DNA of 64,000 nt from a virus (lineage: Duplodnaviria > Heunggongvirae > Uroviricota > Caudoviricetes): the IMG/VR virus record IMGVR_UViG_3300030339_000018; one strand, written 5' to 3'. Position numbers and translations under genes: made by a program. Positions 1-9,621 of this stretch are shown piece after piece (position 1 is the stretch's first letter; every line of letters starts with the position of its first letter). The notes under the pieces are model-generated. The model had not been told where the DNA came from and ran no database searches. It saw only the letters and a list, made by a program, of their open reading frames with translations.

Positions 1-370
1 TTTCAATTATAAATTCTTCTCCTATGAAATCCGGGGTATATTTAACACTCTGCAAAGATTTAGATTTAGGATACATCCCATCTCCTTTTCTTTTATCTGG
101 TTCATAACTTTCTCCTATACATTTAAATGCTTCAGATATTGTAAATGTTTTTTGAGTATATTCAAACCACAATCCTGCAGCTTGTAATGCTTTATAGCAA
201 TATACTTCTAATTGAGAGTCAAATTTAATACCATCATATTCTGATTTAATTGAACTGACTTTCTTTTTTCCTCCTGATTTTTGAGGAACATGTGTTTCTA
301 ATTGCTCAGGAGAAGACGCTCAGAATGGTAATTCCGCTACATCTTTCTTTTTTTTCTTTGGAAATGCCAT
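1..370 (-). CDS. hypothetical protein, N-terminal part (gene runs off window start); frame requires a +1 correction in the A8 run at 349-356 and read-through of an in-frame TGA at 321-323
   Basis: ATG at 368-370 sits in the wrong frame relative to a stop-free frame of more than 105 codons from 320 to position 1 (...KKVSSIKSEYDGIKFDSQLEVYCYKALQAAGLWFEY...). A stop-free run this long is unusual in AT-rich DNA. Confidence 0.3.
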
Positions 371-381
371 ACTATGATTAT

Positions 382-1425
382 TTATTTAAACACATAAAAG
401 TGTTTAGTTTGTTTTATATATTCATCATCGAATATATGTTGTAATTCATCACTACACTCTAAAAAATGTGCTAGTCCTTTTTTCTTACACATATCACTGA
501 TATCCTTTGAATATTTACGTTTAATAAATATACATTTCAATCCAGGAAATGCTTTTTTGTATTTATGTGCACCTCGTACTCCAGCTAAATCATTATCCAT
601 TAATATAAAAATATTAGGAAATTTCTTATGTAATCTATCATATTGTGCATATGACATTAATACATTTTCTGAAGTTGGTGCAATTGAGTTTATATTGAGT
701 TCAAATAAAGACATTACATCTTTCATAGATTTAGTAATTAATAAATTATTACCTCTTACTGGTAATTGTTTAGCTCCTTGTAAAAAAGATCCTTTCCAAT
801 TACTTAAAAATCTATAAGTTCTCTTTGTTGGCATATATACTCTCCATAATTCCATTTCATCTTTTTTTCCTCCATAATACCCAAACATTGGAGAATTATC
901 AGAAGAAGATGAAAAATAAAATCCATTTAAAAATGAATGTGCACAAGACACAACATGAAATTTTTTTAAAGTTTTTGGAGATATACCAAAAGAATTCCAC
1001 CAATCTAATTCTTTTTGGGTAAATTCTTTAATTGCAACTTGAATATTACTAGTTGACTGCTTTTCTGTAAATTTTATATCTGATATTTTAATTTCAGCTA
1101 TATGAGGTGTATAATTATTTGATTTAATTATCCCAAAATCATTAGCAATAATCTTTAAAGCTATATAAAAACTACAGTTAAAAAGATACATTACTACTGA
1201 AATAAAATTACCATAAAATGATCCATCAAAATCATGAAATATTAAATCATTTTTTTGATTTCTAAAGAATGAGGCAGTTGGTAGTTTATCAGTTCTCATA
1301 GGATTTATCTGGAGTCCCTTTTTTACGGGGATTCCAAGATAAGTTTCCATATAAGTTTCTTCTGAATTATACTTTAATAAAAGTTCTTTTGTGATTCGCT
1401 CTTCGTTTTTAGGTATTTCAAACAT
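382..1425 (-). CDS. DNA primase, TOPRIM-type (DnaG-like)
   Basis: 347 aa ORF with a TOPRIM-like acidic motif FILMDNDLAGVRG. It lies in a replication gene block. Confidence 0.45.
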   Translation of the reverse strand: MFEIPKNEERITKELLLKYNSEETYMETYLGIPVKKGLQINPMRTDKLPTASFFRNQKNDLIFHDFDGSFYGNFISVVMYLFNCSFYIALKIIANDFGIIKSNNYTPHIAEIKISDIKFTEKQSTSNIQVAIKEFTQKELDWWNSFGISPKTLKKFHVVSCAHSFLNGFYFSSSSDNSPMFGYYGGKKDEMELWRVYMPTKRTYRFLSNWKGSFLQGAKQLPVRGNNLLITKSMKDVMSLFELNINSIAPTSENVLMSYAQYDRLHKKFPNIFILMDNDLAGVRGAHKYKKAFPGLKCIFIKRKYSKDISDMCKKKGLAHFLECSDELQHIFDDEYIKQTKHFYVFK

Positions 1426-1442
1426 TAAATCACAATTTTATT

Positions 1443-2174
1443 TTACAATTTAAAATCCATATCAGCTTCTGATCCAGCACCTGTACTAGGTTCACCTGCC
1501 ATAGATAAATCAAATGATTCACCTATTTTAGTTGGTTTTGCACCAGCTACTTTTTTTAAAGCTGCAATTTCTTTAGCATTAAAAAATACATTTTCTCCGA
1601 TAAAATTGAATTTCATATATTTCTTACCTTCTTTATCAATTGCTGCAAAATAAGGAAAAACTGCTTCACCCTTCTTATTTACAATTAATTTCAATTTTAC
1701 TTCTTTACCAATACCAGATTCAGTAGCTGCTTTCATTACATTACGTAAAGATAACCATGTAGAATGAGAATCATTACCAGTAATTTTCATTTGATTACCA
1801 GCTTCACCTTTATCAATTAATGCACCTAATTCAGGATTAACAGCATCAATTAAATGCTTAAAAATTAACATCATAGTTTCATTATTAGATAATTGAGGAA
1901 CAACATTTTCTTCTCCTTTATCATTTGTAAAAGTAGTTTCTCTACGTTTACCATCTTCTTCTCTTGGTTCAAAAATTGTATGTGAAAACCAACCCTCTTT
2001 ATTAGAGAATTTGATATTCAATACATTATACATTGCGGTTGGATCTTTTTTACCAGCCATATCTTTAATTTCTATTCCGTCAAATGTAACATCATAGATT
2101 GCATTTCCTTTTAGTTGTGGACGACTTGTGCTTTGAGCTGCACCGGCTGTTTCATTAAAATTAAAATCACTCAT
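1443..2174 (-). CDS. possible ssDNA-binding protein (acidic C-terminal tail)
   Basis: 243 aa ORF ending ...GSEADMDFKL, in a replication block; no strong motif. Confidence 0.25.
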   Translation of the reverse strand: MSDFNFNETAGAAQSTSRPQLKGNAIYDVTFDGIEIKDMAGKKDPTAMYNVLNIKFSNKEGWFSHTIFEPREEDGKRRETTFTNDKGEENVVPQLSNNETMMLIFKHLIDAVNPELGALIDKGEAGNQMKITGNDSHSTWLSLRNVMKAATESGIGKEVKLKLIVNKKGEAVFPYFAAIDKEGKKYMKFNFIGENVFFNAKEIAALKKVAGAKPTKIGESFDLSMAGEPSTGAGSEADMDFKL

Positions 2175-2735
2175 TATTTCTTATTATTTTTTATAAATTA
2201 AAATCTGTAAATTCTGTCAACTCTGTTGTTTCATTTCCAGAAACTTCTATATCTCTCACTTTTGCTACGGCTTCTTTAACCGGTATGTCTTTAGGTACAT
2301 ATACTTTATCACCCACTAACATATAAATTCCTGGTTTTGATTCTTCTAATGAGAATGTTTCACCAAATTCTGCTAAAATTTCATTAGCCTTGCCTCTATA
2401 GGCTACTGTACCAGCTTTAGCCAGTTTATTACCGCCTTTAATTCCGAATGCTAAGTCATTACCAAAGAATGGAGTAATTACACCATCAACTTTATCATAT
2501 CTTATAGATACTCTAATTTCATCTTCATCTCCTAAAAGTGTAATTAACTCTGGAGAAAGTACTAATTTTCCTTCTTCTCTTACTATTGTTAAACCTGTTA
2601 ATGCTTTACCAACTTGTTTAACTGTTGACTTTTTTGTAGTTGTTTTCTTTTCAACAACATCACCTACAGAACATACTACATCACATACGGATGTTGTTTC
2701 TGGATCGAAATTAAATGTTACTTTTACTGCTATCA

Positions 2736-3485
2736 TTATTCTTTATTTTGTGTTAATGAGGGATAAATATTTTCCCAGAATGTTTTAATACCTCCATCTT
2801 CTTGTCTTTGAGCAAGTAAGATAGTTTTTCCTGCAAGATGTGGCATTCTAGCACCGCATAATACAGAATTCATATCTCCAAAATTAGCCATTAAATCTGT
2901 AGTTTCTATGTCTCTATAAACATAACAAATTGCATCACTTCCAGCACTTAAAATACGACCAATTTTTCCTGTAAGATCTAAATCTTTTACATTTAATTCA
3001 GTACCATTTTCATTTAATGCTTTATCTTTAACATGCCCTACTAAAATAACATTTGGAGAGACTTTTTCAAACCAACCAATAACTCTTTGCATTGCTTGTC
3101 TTAAATACAAATAACCTGCACCATTAGCTAATGTTAATACACTTGTTTCTGCATCAAAATTAACACCCATAGAGGTTTCTCTATATAATTTATTTGCATA
3201 TGGAAGAACTATATCTTCTAATGCGGTAATAGTATCTAAAATTGTAAAATCAAATTGTCCTGGATTGTCTTTCAACTCCATTGCAATTTTATACAAATCC
3301 ATATACGTTTTAGCTTTATATGTAAAAGCTGAGATATAATCTGTCCCATCTTCAAGGTCAATATGAAGAGCTTTAGGAAGGAACGATAATGCTGTTGTTT
3401 TTCCGACTTTTGGTAAACCAAAAAGTATTAAATTTTTTGGATTTGAAGTTTTAATTTGGCTTTTAGCCATTGGTAATAATCCCAT
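2736..3485 (-). CDS. RecA-like P-loop ATPase (AAA_24/Sak4-like recombination ATPase)
   Basis: Walker A motif LILFGLPKVGKTT near the N-terminus; about 250 aa size class. Confidence 0.4.
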   Translation of the reverse strand: MGLLPMAKSQIKTSNPKNLILFGLPKVGKTTALSFLPKALHIDLEDGTDYISAFTYKAKTYMDLYKIAMELKDNPGQFDFTILDTITALEDIVLPYANKLYRETSMGVNFDAETSVLTLANGAGYLYLRQAMQRVIGWFEKVSPNVILVGHVKDKALNENGTELNVKDLDLTGKIGRILSAGSDAICYVYRDIETTDLMANFGDMNSVLCGARMPHLAGKTILLAQRQEDGGIKTFWENIYPSLTQNKE

Positions 3486-3487
3486 TT

Positions 3488-4576
3488 TTATAATTGAAAT
3501 TGATGTTTTATTTCATCTATTTGTGTCTCCACATGTTCTGTATCATCTATTTTATGTTCTATTTTAGGAGCTTTTAACTCTAAATAAGGTTCATAATCGC
3601 CAATTTCTTTAGCTTTTGGCATTTCTCTAAACATTCCTATTTCTCCAAAAAACGAAGTTCCAAGGTTTAGGTCAGCTTGTCCATACCGATTTTTCAGGAT
3701 TTGCGTTAATCTAAAGCGTTTTTTCAATACATTCTGTATTGGGTAACCTTCACATGTAGCTATCTTTTCTCTATAAGGAAAATAGAGAGCTAATACGACT
3801 TCCGAACCATCTGTAGTTCCTGAAGTGTCTTTAAAATCATCTAATTGAATAAGCTCATATCCATTAGTTTTACGATCCATCCCTTTTGCATTACGATTTA
3901 ATTGTTGTATAAATACACCAGTTAGACCGCACTTATTTCTAAGATAAATAAAAGTATCAACAACTGTATCAATTCTTATTTTTTTAGCATCACTTCCAGA
4001 AATTAATCCAACATGATCAATAAGAACTATTTTATATCTAGATGGATCATCACTAATATAATTTTCAGTATGTTCATCTACTTGTACAAATGTGCCAAAT
4101 TGACTTAACCAGTTTACACAAGTTTTATAAATTCCATTTGGTGTTAATGCTTTATCAAAAATAGTTAAATGCTCTGAAAGAGTTTCTACCCATCCTCTAG
4201 CTAAATTAACTAAATTTTCTTGAGAATCTGAAATTGGTTTAGTCAAAGATAAAATATCTTCATAAGTTACAATTTCATGATATTCATCCCAGATATATCG
4301 TGAGATTAATTTAGCATATAGTACATCAGCAGCCATTTCAAATGAATAATATAAAATAGATATAGGTATATTTTCAGCATTCTTAATTAAATTATATACA
4401 AATACATCTAATGCAAATGAAGTTTTACCCCCAGAAGTATCAGCACCAATTGTGTATAAATATGATTTTTGAATACCATAAATAACGGAATCTAATTTAG
4501 GCATTCCTGTTGAAATTCCAACATTCTTACCCTCCTTACCACGTTTTACGTTTTTGTATAATTTATTAACTCCCAT
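3488..4576 (-). CDS. DnaB-like replicative helicase (RecA-fold C-terminal domain)
   Basis: Walker A GADTSGGKTSFAL, hhhhD Walker B LIDHVGLIS, and a QLNRN arginine-finger-like motif. Confidence 0.5.
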   Translation of the reverse strand: MGVNKLYKNVKRGKEGKNVGISTGMPKLDSVIYGIQKSYLYTIGADTSGGKTSFALDVFVYNLIKNAENIPISILYYSFEMAADVLYAKLISRYIWDEYHEIVTYEDILSLTKPISDSQENLVNLARGWVETLSEHLTIFDKALTPNGIYKTCVNWLSQFGTFVQVDEHTENYISDDPSRYKIVLIDHVGLISGSDAKKIRIDTVVDTFIYLRNKCGLTGVFIQQLNRNAKGMDRKTNGYELIQLDDFKDTSGTTDGSEVVLALYFPYREKIATCEGYPIQNVLKKRFRLTQILKNRYGQADLNLGTSFFGEIGMFREMPKAKEIGDYEPYLELKAPKIEHKIDDTEHVETQIDEIKHQFQL

Positions 4577-5582
4577 ATTATAACAATTCAGAATTATTAT
4601 AACCGTTAATATTATCAGACAATTTTAGTTCTTCAATTTCTAACCATTTCATACTAATTACAAACTCTGTAATACCATAATGGATAAGATCATTTTCTTT
4701 TCCAAAAGTTAATAATTCCATAATTTTAGCATGCATTTCTGGATTAAATTTAATAGCTTTGCCATAAGCAAAACAAAAATCATCCATACTCTTAAATAGT
4801 TTACTAATGTTCTTTAATGAACACTGACGACCTTGAATATTTACAAAACTTGGATAAGTCATAAATAATTCCATTCCCATATCCCCAGAATGTTGATTGA
4901 AGGATTTTAGAAATACTTTATTAAAATCTACATCACGTGGATTAAATGTTGCTCCTTTTTCAGGAATTTTATAGGATTTATTAATAATTCCTTTTTCCTG
5001 TAAGGCTAAGAGAGTATCTCGTGGAGCACCTTTTAGAGGCATTTGACTAAAATATTTGCTTAAATATTCACTATGATCTTCCTGTGCTAAAAATATTAAT
5101 TGAATAATTAAAAATTCTTCAGGAAATAGTTGGTACTTAATCATAAAGTCAAGTTCTCTATCTATTGATAATTCTATTTGTTTCAAATTGGTTAAGTTTT
5201 CTTAACCACTACTTATTGTACCAGTTACGGCTTTATTACTGTCCCCAGTGATTTAATTGTTTTAATCTTGTTATTACATCATTAGGTGTATGCCCATCAA
5301 ATTTATCAGCTAATTCATATTCTGGAATTTTAAATAAATCCCAATCTTTATCTTCATAATGATTACTAATTTGTCCAGAAGGTAATGTAGCCATTACTAT
5401 AAACCAACCACCTCCAAAACATAATTCTCCATCGCTATGTTTCCAAGATTTATGTACATTATATTTAGGAATATCATATTGAGCCCATTCATTAAATAAT
5501 GCTGCATTATACACTTTTCTAAAGTCATATAACTCTCCAAATGTATGATAACCATCTGATATTAAGTTTGTATCCATATTAA

Positions 5583-6002
5583 TTATTTTAATTGTTGCCT
5601 TATAGATTCTAATATTAATCCTAATTTATTTAAACCAGTACCTTTACATTTACCCCAATATCTATCATTCCAAGTATTACCTTCAATTAATTGACATGTT
5701 CCCGTATTTAATAATTTAGTTTTTAAATCTGGATTTTGAGTAAATTTAGCAAGAACTATTCTGTACATTAATAAATCTTTTACTTTCTCCCAATCAGCTC
5801 TAAGATTTACTTTTCTACCTTTGGCTTTAGCAAGATTTGGAGATAAGAATATAAATTCTTTTTGAATAGTTTTATCTAATACTTTTTGAGCTTGAAAAGC
5901 TGCTTCATTATTAGCGTATTCTACTCCTTCAAATACCACAGGAGTTTCATAAAAGTTACTTAAAAAATAATATTCTCCTCGAAATTCATTTATACTATAC
6001 AT
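5583..6002 (-). CDS. NADAR (YbiA/DUF1768) domain protein, putative ADP-ribose/NAD-related N-glycosidase
   Basis: N-terminal EYYFLSNFYETPVVFEGVEYANNEAAFQAQK matches the conserved NADAR core. Confidence 0.5.
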   Translation of the reverse strand: MYSINEFRGEYYFLSNFYETPVVFEGVEYANNEAAFQAQKVLDKTIQKEFIFLSPNLAKAKGRKVNLRADWEKVKDLLMYRIVLAKFTQNPDLKTKLLNTGTCQLIEGNTWNDRYWGKCKGTGLNKLGLILESIRQQLK

Positions 6003-6253
6003 ATTTTGCTAAATACTCGCCATCTTCAATGAAAAAACCTAAAGATGTTAAATCCATAATATCTTCATCTGTAATATCTGCATCAATTAAATTATCAAGA
6101 TCTTCACTCCAAATCATATCATGATTCGCACCTTGAACAACATAATTTGAATATTTAGCTATAATAGATAAACCGATAAATGTATTATTCATTTCGGCTA
6201 CATAATCAGTTTTTGCATTTTCAAATACTTCTATAATTTCTTTTTTTGTCATA

Positions 6254-7237
6254 TTAAAATGTAAATAAAAATTGTTGTTTTTCTTGTACTACTTCTTGTT
6301 TTACTAATTCTTGATTCGTTAAGATATTCATTAGTTCATTTTCATTTATTTCGAAATGACTTAAACCAACTGAACTCTTTTTAAACCAATTTTCTTCCAT
6401 TGTTCCTCTTAGAATTAATGAAAATACTTCAGCATTTTTATTAGCTTCTTTTCTAATAATCCTACCAATTCTCTGTATTCTTTCAGTTGAAGAGCTACTA
6501 TTAGATAAAATAATACCTAAATTTAATTTTGGAATATCCGCACCTGCATTTAATACTTTACTAGTATGAACTACTCCAGTATCTTGCAAACAAAATTCTT
6601 CCATTGTAATTTTATTCTTCTTTTTAGTTTTACCTGAATGCACTACTAAACCTACTTTAAATTTTTCACATTGTGCAATAGTTGCATTAAATGTAATAGC
6701 TTTAGAATCAGGTCTATGTGCTAGAATTAATTCTGCAATTTCAATTTTCTTAGGATGATTTTTTACAAACTCCTTACGTGCTTTCAATGCCCTACCCCAT
6801 GCAAATGCATGAGCAGCAGTTTCAGCTATAATTTGTTTTTCAAATTTTGGATCAGGCTGAATAAATTTAGCATATGCTTTTATACATTGTCTACTAGTTA
6901 ATATTAATTCAGTACCTTTTCTAATACCAGCCATACAACCCATTGCTGTGTTGAACTGATAATCAAAAAATGCAAAATGTTCCATAAATTCTAAATTAGC
7001 TGCATTATATTCAGTTAAATCAACATCAATCATTACTTTGTATTCCTTATAAGGAGATACCCAACCTTTTGCAGTTGCTTCTTTGACTGTAATAGTATCA
7101 ATAATAGGACAATATTTAGCTAATAATGTTTGCTTACCATCTAATCTTTCAAATGTTGCTGTTAATCCTAATATCATTTTAGGTTTACATACATCAAATA
7201 TAGTATAAAATGATTCAGCAGCATACGCATGAACTTC
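6254..7237 (-). CDS. SF2 (DExH) DNA helicase, exon 2 (motifs II-VI)
   Basis: Begins EVHAYAAE (DEVH box completed by exon 1), then TATFERLDG (motif III) and HSGKTKKK...RIGRIIR (motifs V/VI). Confidence 0.6.
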   Translation of the reverse strand, partial: EVHAYAAESFYTIFDVCKPKMILGLTATFERLDGKQTLLAKYCPIIDTITVKEATAKGWVSPYKEYKVMIDVDLTEYNAANLEFMEHFAFFDYQFNTAMGCMAGIRKGTELILTSRQCIKAYAKFIQPDPKFEKQIIAETAAHAFAWGRALKARKEFVKNHPKKIEIAELILAHRPDSKAITFNATIAQCEKFKVGLVVHSGKTKKKNKITMEEFCLQDTGVVHTSKVLNAGADIPKLNLGIILSNSSSSTERIQRIGRIIRKEANKNAEVFSLILRGTMEENWFKKSSVGLSHFEINENELMNILTNQELVKQEVVQEKQQFLFTF

Positions 7238-8535
7238 CATGCTATCCTATAATTTTCACTATAAGTCCGACTATATCTTAATTTTTGTGTTTTTTATTAA
7301 ATATGTATTATTTTTTGTTTTTGTGTTATTACGAATTTGATTACTAATAGTACAATCCTTTAAATTAAAATAAAGAGCTGCTTCAACATTAGTTTTAAAT
7401 TTATTTAAAATAGACCCAATTGAATCTATTTCAAAAATTTTAAAAGTATTATCAAAATAATCAGTAAAATCTAGTATAGGACTAAGACTCCAAAAAGAAT
7501 TTTTCCACATAGTTTTATTTTTAATAGCTGTATCTAAACTACCAGCATTGGAATCTCCACTATTTAAAAATTCAGATATAACATCCCTTTTACTTAAAAA
7601 TACTTTTATTAATTTAAAAGTATCTTTATTATATTGATAATGTTTAAAACCCTTACTTTCTTTAGTAGTTTTTGTAGGTATAAGTTCATAATTTTTATTT
7701 AAAAAATCAGATTCATATAACCAAAAATACCCACCAGCTGTATTTGATCTTTTTTTTAAAACATTGTTAATTGCACCGGAACTTGAAAAATTATGTTCAT
7801 TAGAGGCTTTTACAATTGAATCATATGTTTTAATATAATTACCTAGTAAATCTAATTGTACAATTTTTATTTCGTGCGCAGAAATAGATCTTTGAATTCC
7901 CGAAATAACTCTTTTTTCTTTTGTAATAGATCCTCTACCACCTTTATCAATATTTAAAAGTTTATATCCTAATTCTTTATATTTTTGAATAAGGTCTATT
8001 TCTAGATTTTCCCATTCTGTAACATCGCATTCATCAATTTGTGTAATAATGACATTTTCATTTTTTAACATTAAACTGTAAATCCATTTTGCAACAGGAG
8101 TAACCCTTTTTAAAGGATTTTTTCCAGTATATTTATGTTGTGATAATCTGCTTTTTAAAGTGCAACTTGTTACTCCAACATATCTAACATCTTGCAAATT
8201 TGATTCACTACTTAATGTATAAAATACATATTTTTTAATTTTTTCTTGCATATTTTTAATTTTTAATAATATGCAAAGATAGCAAAAATTTTCGCCATTT
8301 CCAAATGAATTCCAAAATATTTTGAAATTTAAATGTACTCCCTTACGGGATAGTCTGTGAACCTTTTTCCAAAATTTATTTGGAAACTTGGATGCGGATT
8401 GACCAATTCTTTTTGATTTTACCATATCTTTCATCATTACTGAAAGCCATTATATGTATTACTACTATAATTTGGTTAAAAAGACTCTAAGGTTATTCCC
8501 GCAGTTAAACGAATTTAGACTCGACAAAGTTACTA
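7238..8535 (-). mobile_element. group I intron (about 1.3 kb) interrupting the helicase DEVH box, carrying a GIY-YIG homing endonuclease ORF
   Basis: Exon 1 ends ...CTC GAT (LILD, last nt U) and exon 2 starts GAA GTT CAT (EVH). The intron's last nt is G (8535..7238 on minus). The sequence GUCGAG at 13 nt into the intron can pair with exon CUCGAU to form P1 with a U.G at the splice site. Confidence 0.65.
7271..8437 (-). CDS. GIY-YIG homing endonuclease (intron-encoded); true start probably the internal ATG near 8251
   Basis: KYVFYTL...VRYVGVTSCTLKSRLSQHKY GIY-YIG motif. A TAtCTTTG promoter-like motif lies at about 8270-8281, just upstream of the internal ATG. Confidence 0.6.
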   Translation of the reverse strand: MMKDMVKSKRIGQSASKFPNKFWKKVHRLSRKGVHLNFKIFWNSFGNGENFCYLCILLKIKNMQEKIKKYVFYTLSSESNLQDVRYVGVTSCTLKSRLSQHKYTGKNPLKRVTPVAKWIYSLMLKNENVIITQIDECDVTEWENLEIDLIQKYKELGYKLLNIDKGGRGSITKEKRVISGIQRSISAHEIKIVQLDLLGNYIKTYDSIVKASNEHNFSSSGAINNVLKKRSNTAGGYFWLYESDFLNKNYELIPTKTTKESKGFKHYQYNKDTFKLIKVFLSKRDVISEFLNSGDSNAGSLDTAIKNKTMWKNSFWSLSPILDFTDYFDNTFKIFEIDSIGSILNKFKTNVEAALYFNLKDCTISNQIRNNTKTKNNTYLIKNTKIKI

Positions 8536-8832
8536 ATCGAGTATTAAGAGATCACAAAAAAAAGGTTGTTTTATTGCAGAATTAATAATTTTAACTTCTG
8601 CATTAAAACTTAATCCTTTTTTATCTAATATAGATATCCACTGACCTCTTAAATAATCAGTAGGTACAATTACTATAATTTTTTTTCTTGGATTTTTTAC
8701 AATAAATCTGTTGATAGCAATAATTGCTGCTGTAGTTTTTCCAAATCCAGTGCAAAATTCCCAGGTTCCATTACATCTATTTTTAATCCATTTTTCTACA
8801 GCTTCTAGCTGTCTATCATCTCTACTACTCAT
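8536..8832 (-). CDS. SF2 (DExH) DNA helicase, exon 1 (motifs I-II up to LLILD)
   Basis: GFGKTTAAIIAI Walker A (motif I) and ...CDLLILD, immediately followed by TAG and the intron. Confidence 0.6.
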
Positions 8833-9547
8833 TACTTATATAATTAATTATGTTTTTAGAAAACAAAATTAATTGTTCTTCTGTTGCTGAATTTTTCATT
8901 GAATTTGCTAACATTGAAATTACTTGAACATTTCCAACAATATAACCTTTAGAATTATTAATTCTATCTAAAGAATAAGTTTTAGAATAATCATCTTTTG
9001 TTCCTTTAATTAATTCAATTCCTAAAATTGGACAATGTGTAGGAAGTATAATATCTTCTTTTACTAAATTAAAATCTAAATTATTTTTTTTAGCTCTTTT
9101 TTTAGCAGCAGATAACATATGAGTTATTATACCATTTTCTGTATTTAAATAATCATTACTTATTTTATTTAAATAATCATTATATTCAGAATCTTCTTTT
9201 CGTTTTATATTTTTATTATCATTACATGTTTCAATATATTTTTGTCTGTTAGGATGTTCTAATACTATTTGTCTTTCACATTCTTTACATCTTGAATATA
9301 TTTTATTTTTTCCATCTTTATTTTTAGCACTTAAAATATAAAAATTTTCTAATAATAATATTTTTTTACAATTGGTACATTGTTTATGTCCTTCTGGAAT
9401 ATCTACTGTTTCTTTAGGTATATATTCTCTTCCAGCTTTTTCAGCTCTTTTTTTACTTTCCTCTTTATTTTTACATTTGGAACATTTATGATTACTATAA
9501 AACTTAGTTTCTGTATCATTTTTTCCACAAATTGTGCATACTTTCAT
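8825..9547 (-). CDS. HNH homing endonuclease (HNH_3-like) with N-terminal Cys-rich zinc-finger repeats
   Basis: LPTHCPILG...SLDRINNSKGYIVGNVQVIS...AN..KN motif. It is freestanding between the helicase and polB; its 3' end overlaps the helicase start. Confidence 0.55.
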   Translation of the reverse strand: MKVCTICGKNDTETKFYSNHKCSKCKNKEESKKRAEKAGREYIPKETVDIPEGHKQCTNCKKILLLENFYILSAKNKDGKNKIYSRCKECERQIVLEHPNRQKYIETCNDNKNIKRKEDSEYNDYLNKISNDYLNTENGIITHMLSAAKKRAKKNNLDFNLVKEDIILPTHCPILGIELIKGTKDDYSKTYSLDRINNSKGYIVGNVQVISMLANSMKNSATEEQLILFSKNIINYISNE

Positions 9548-9621
9548 TTTGTATTATTTAATATTATAATACAAAGATACAAAATTTTTTCTATATAAAA
9601 ACTATAATTCTGATAAAAATT

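Noticed and set aside
4578-5186. Attempt to assign functions to many mid-sized ORFs (for example 4578..5186, 11538..12362, 45367..46706, 51038..52929)
   Set aside because: No recognisable motifs by eye; left as hypothetical proteins to avoid over-calling.
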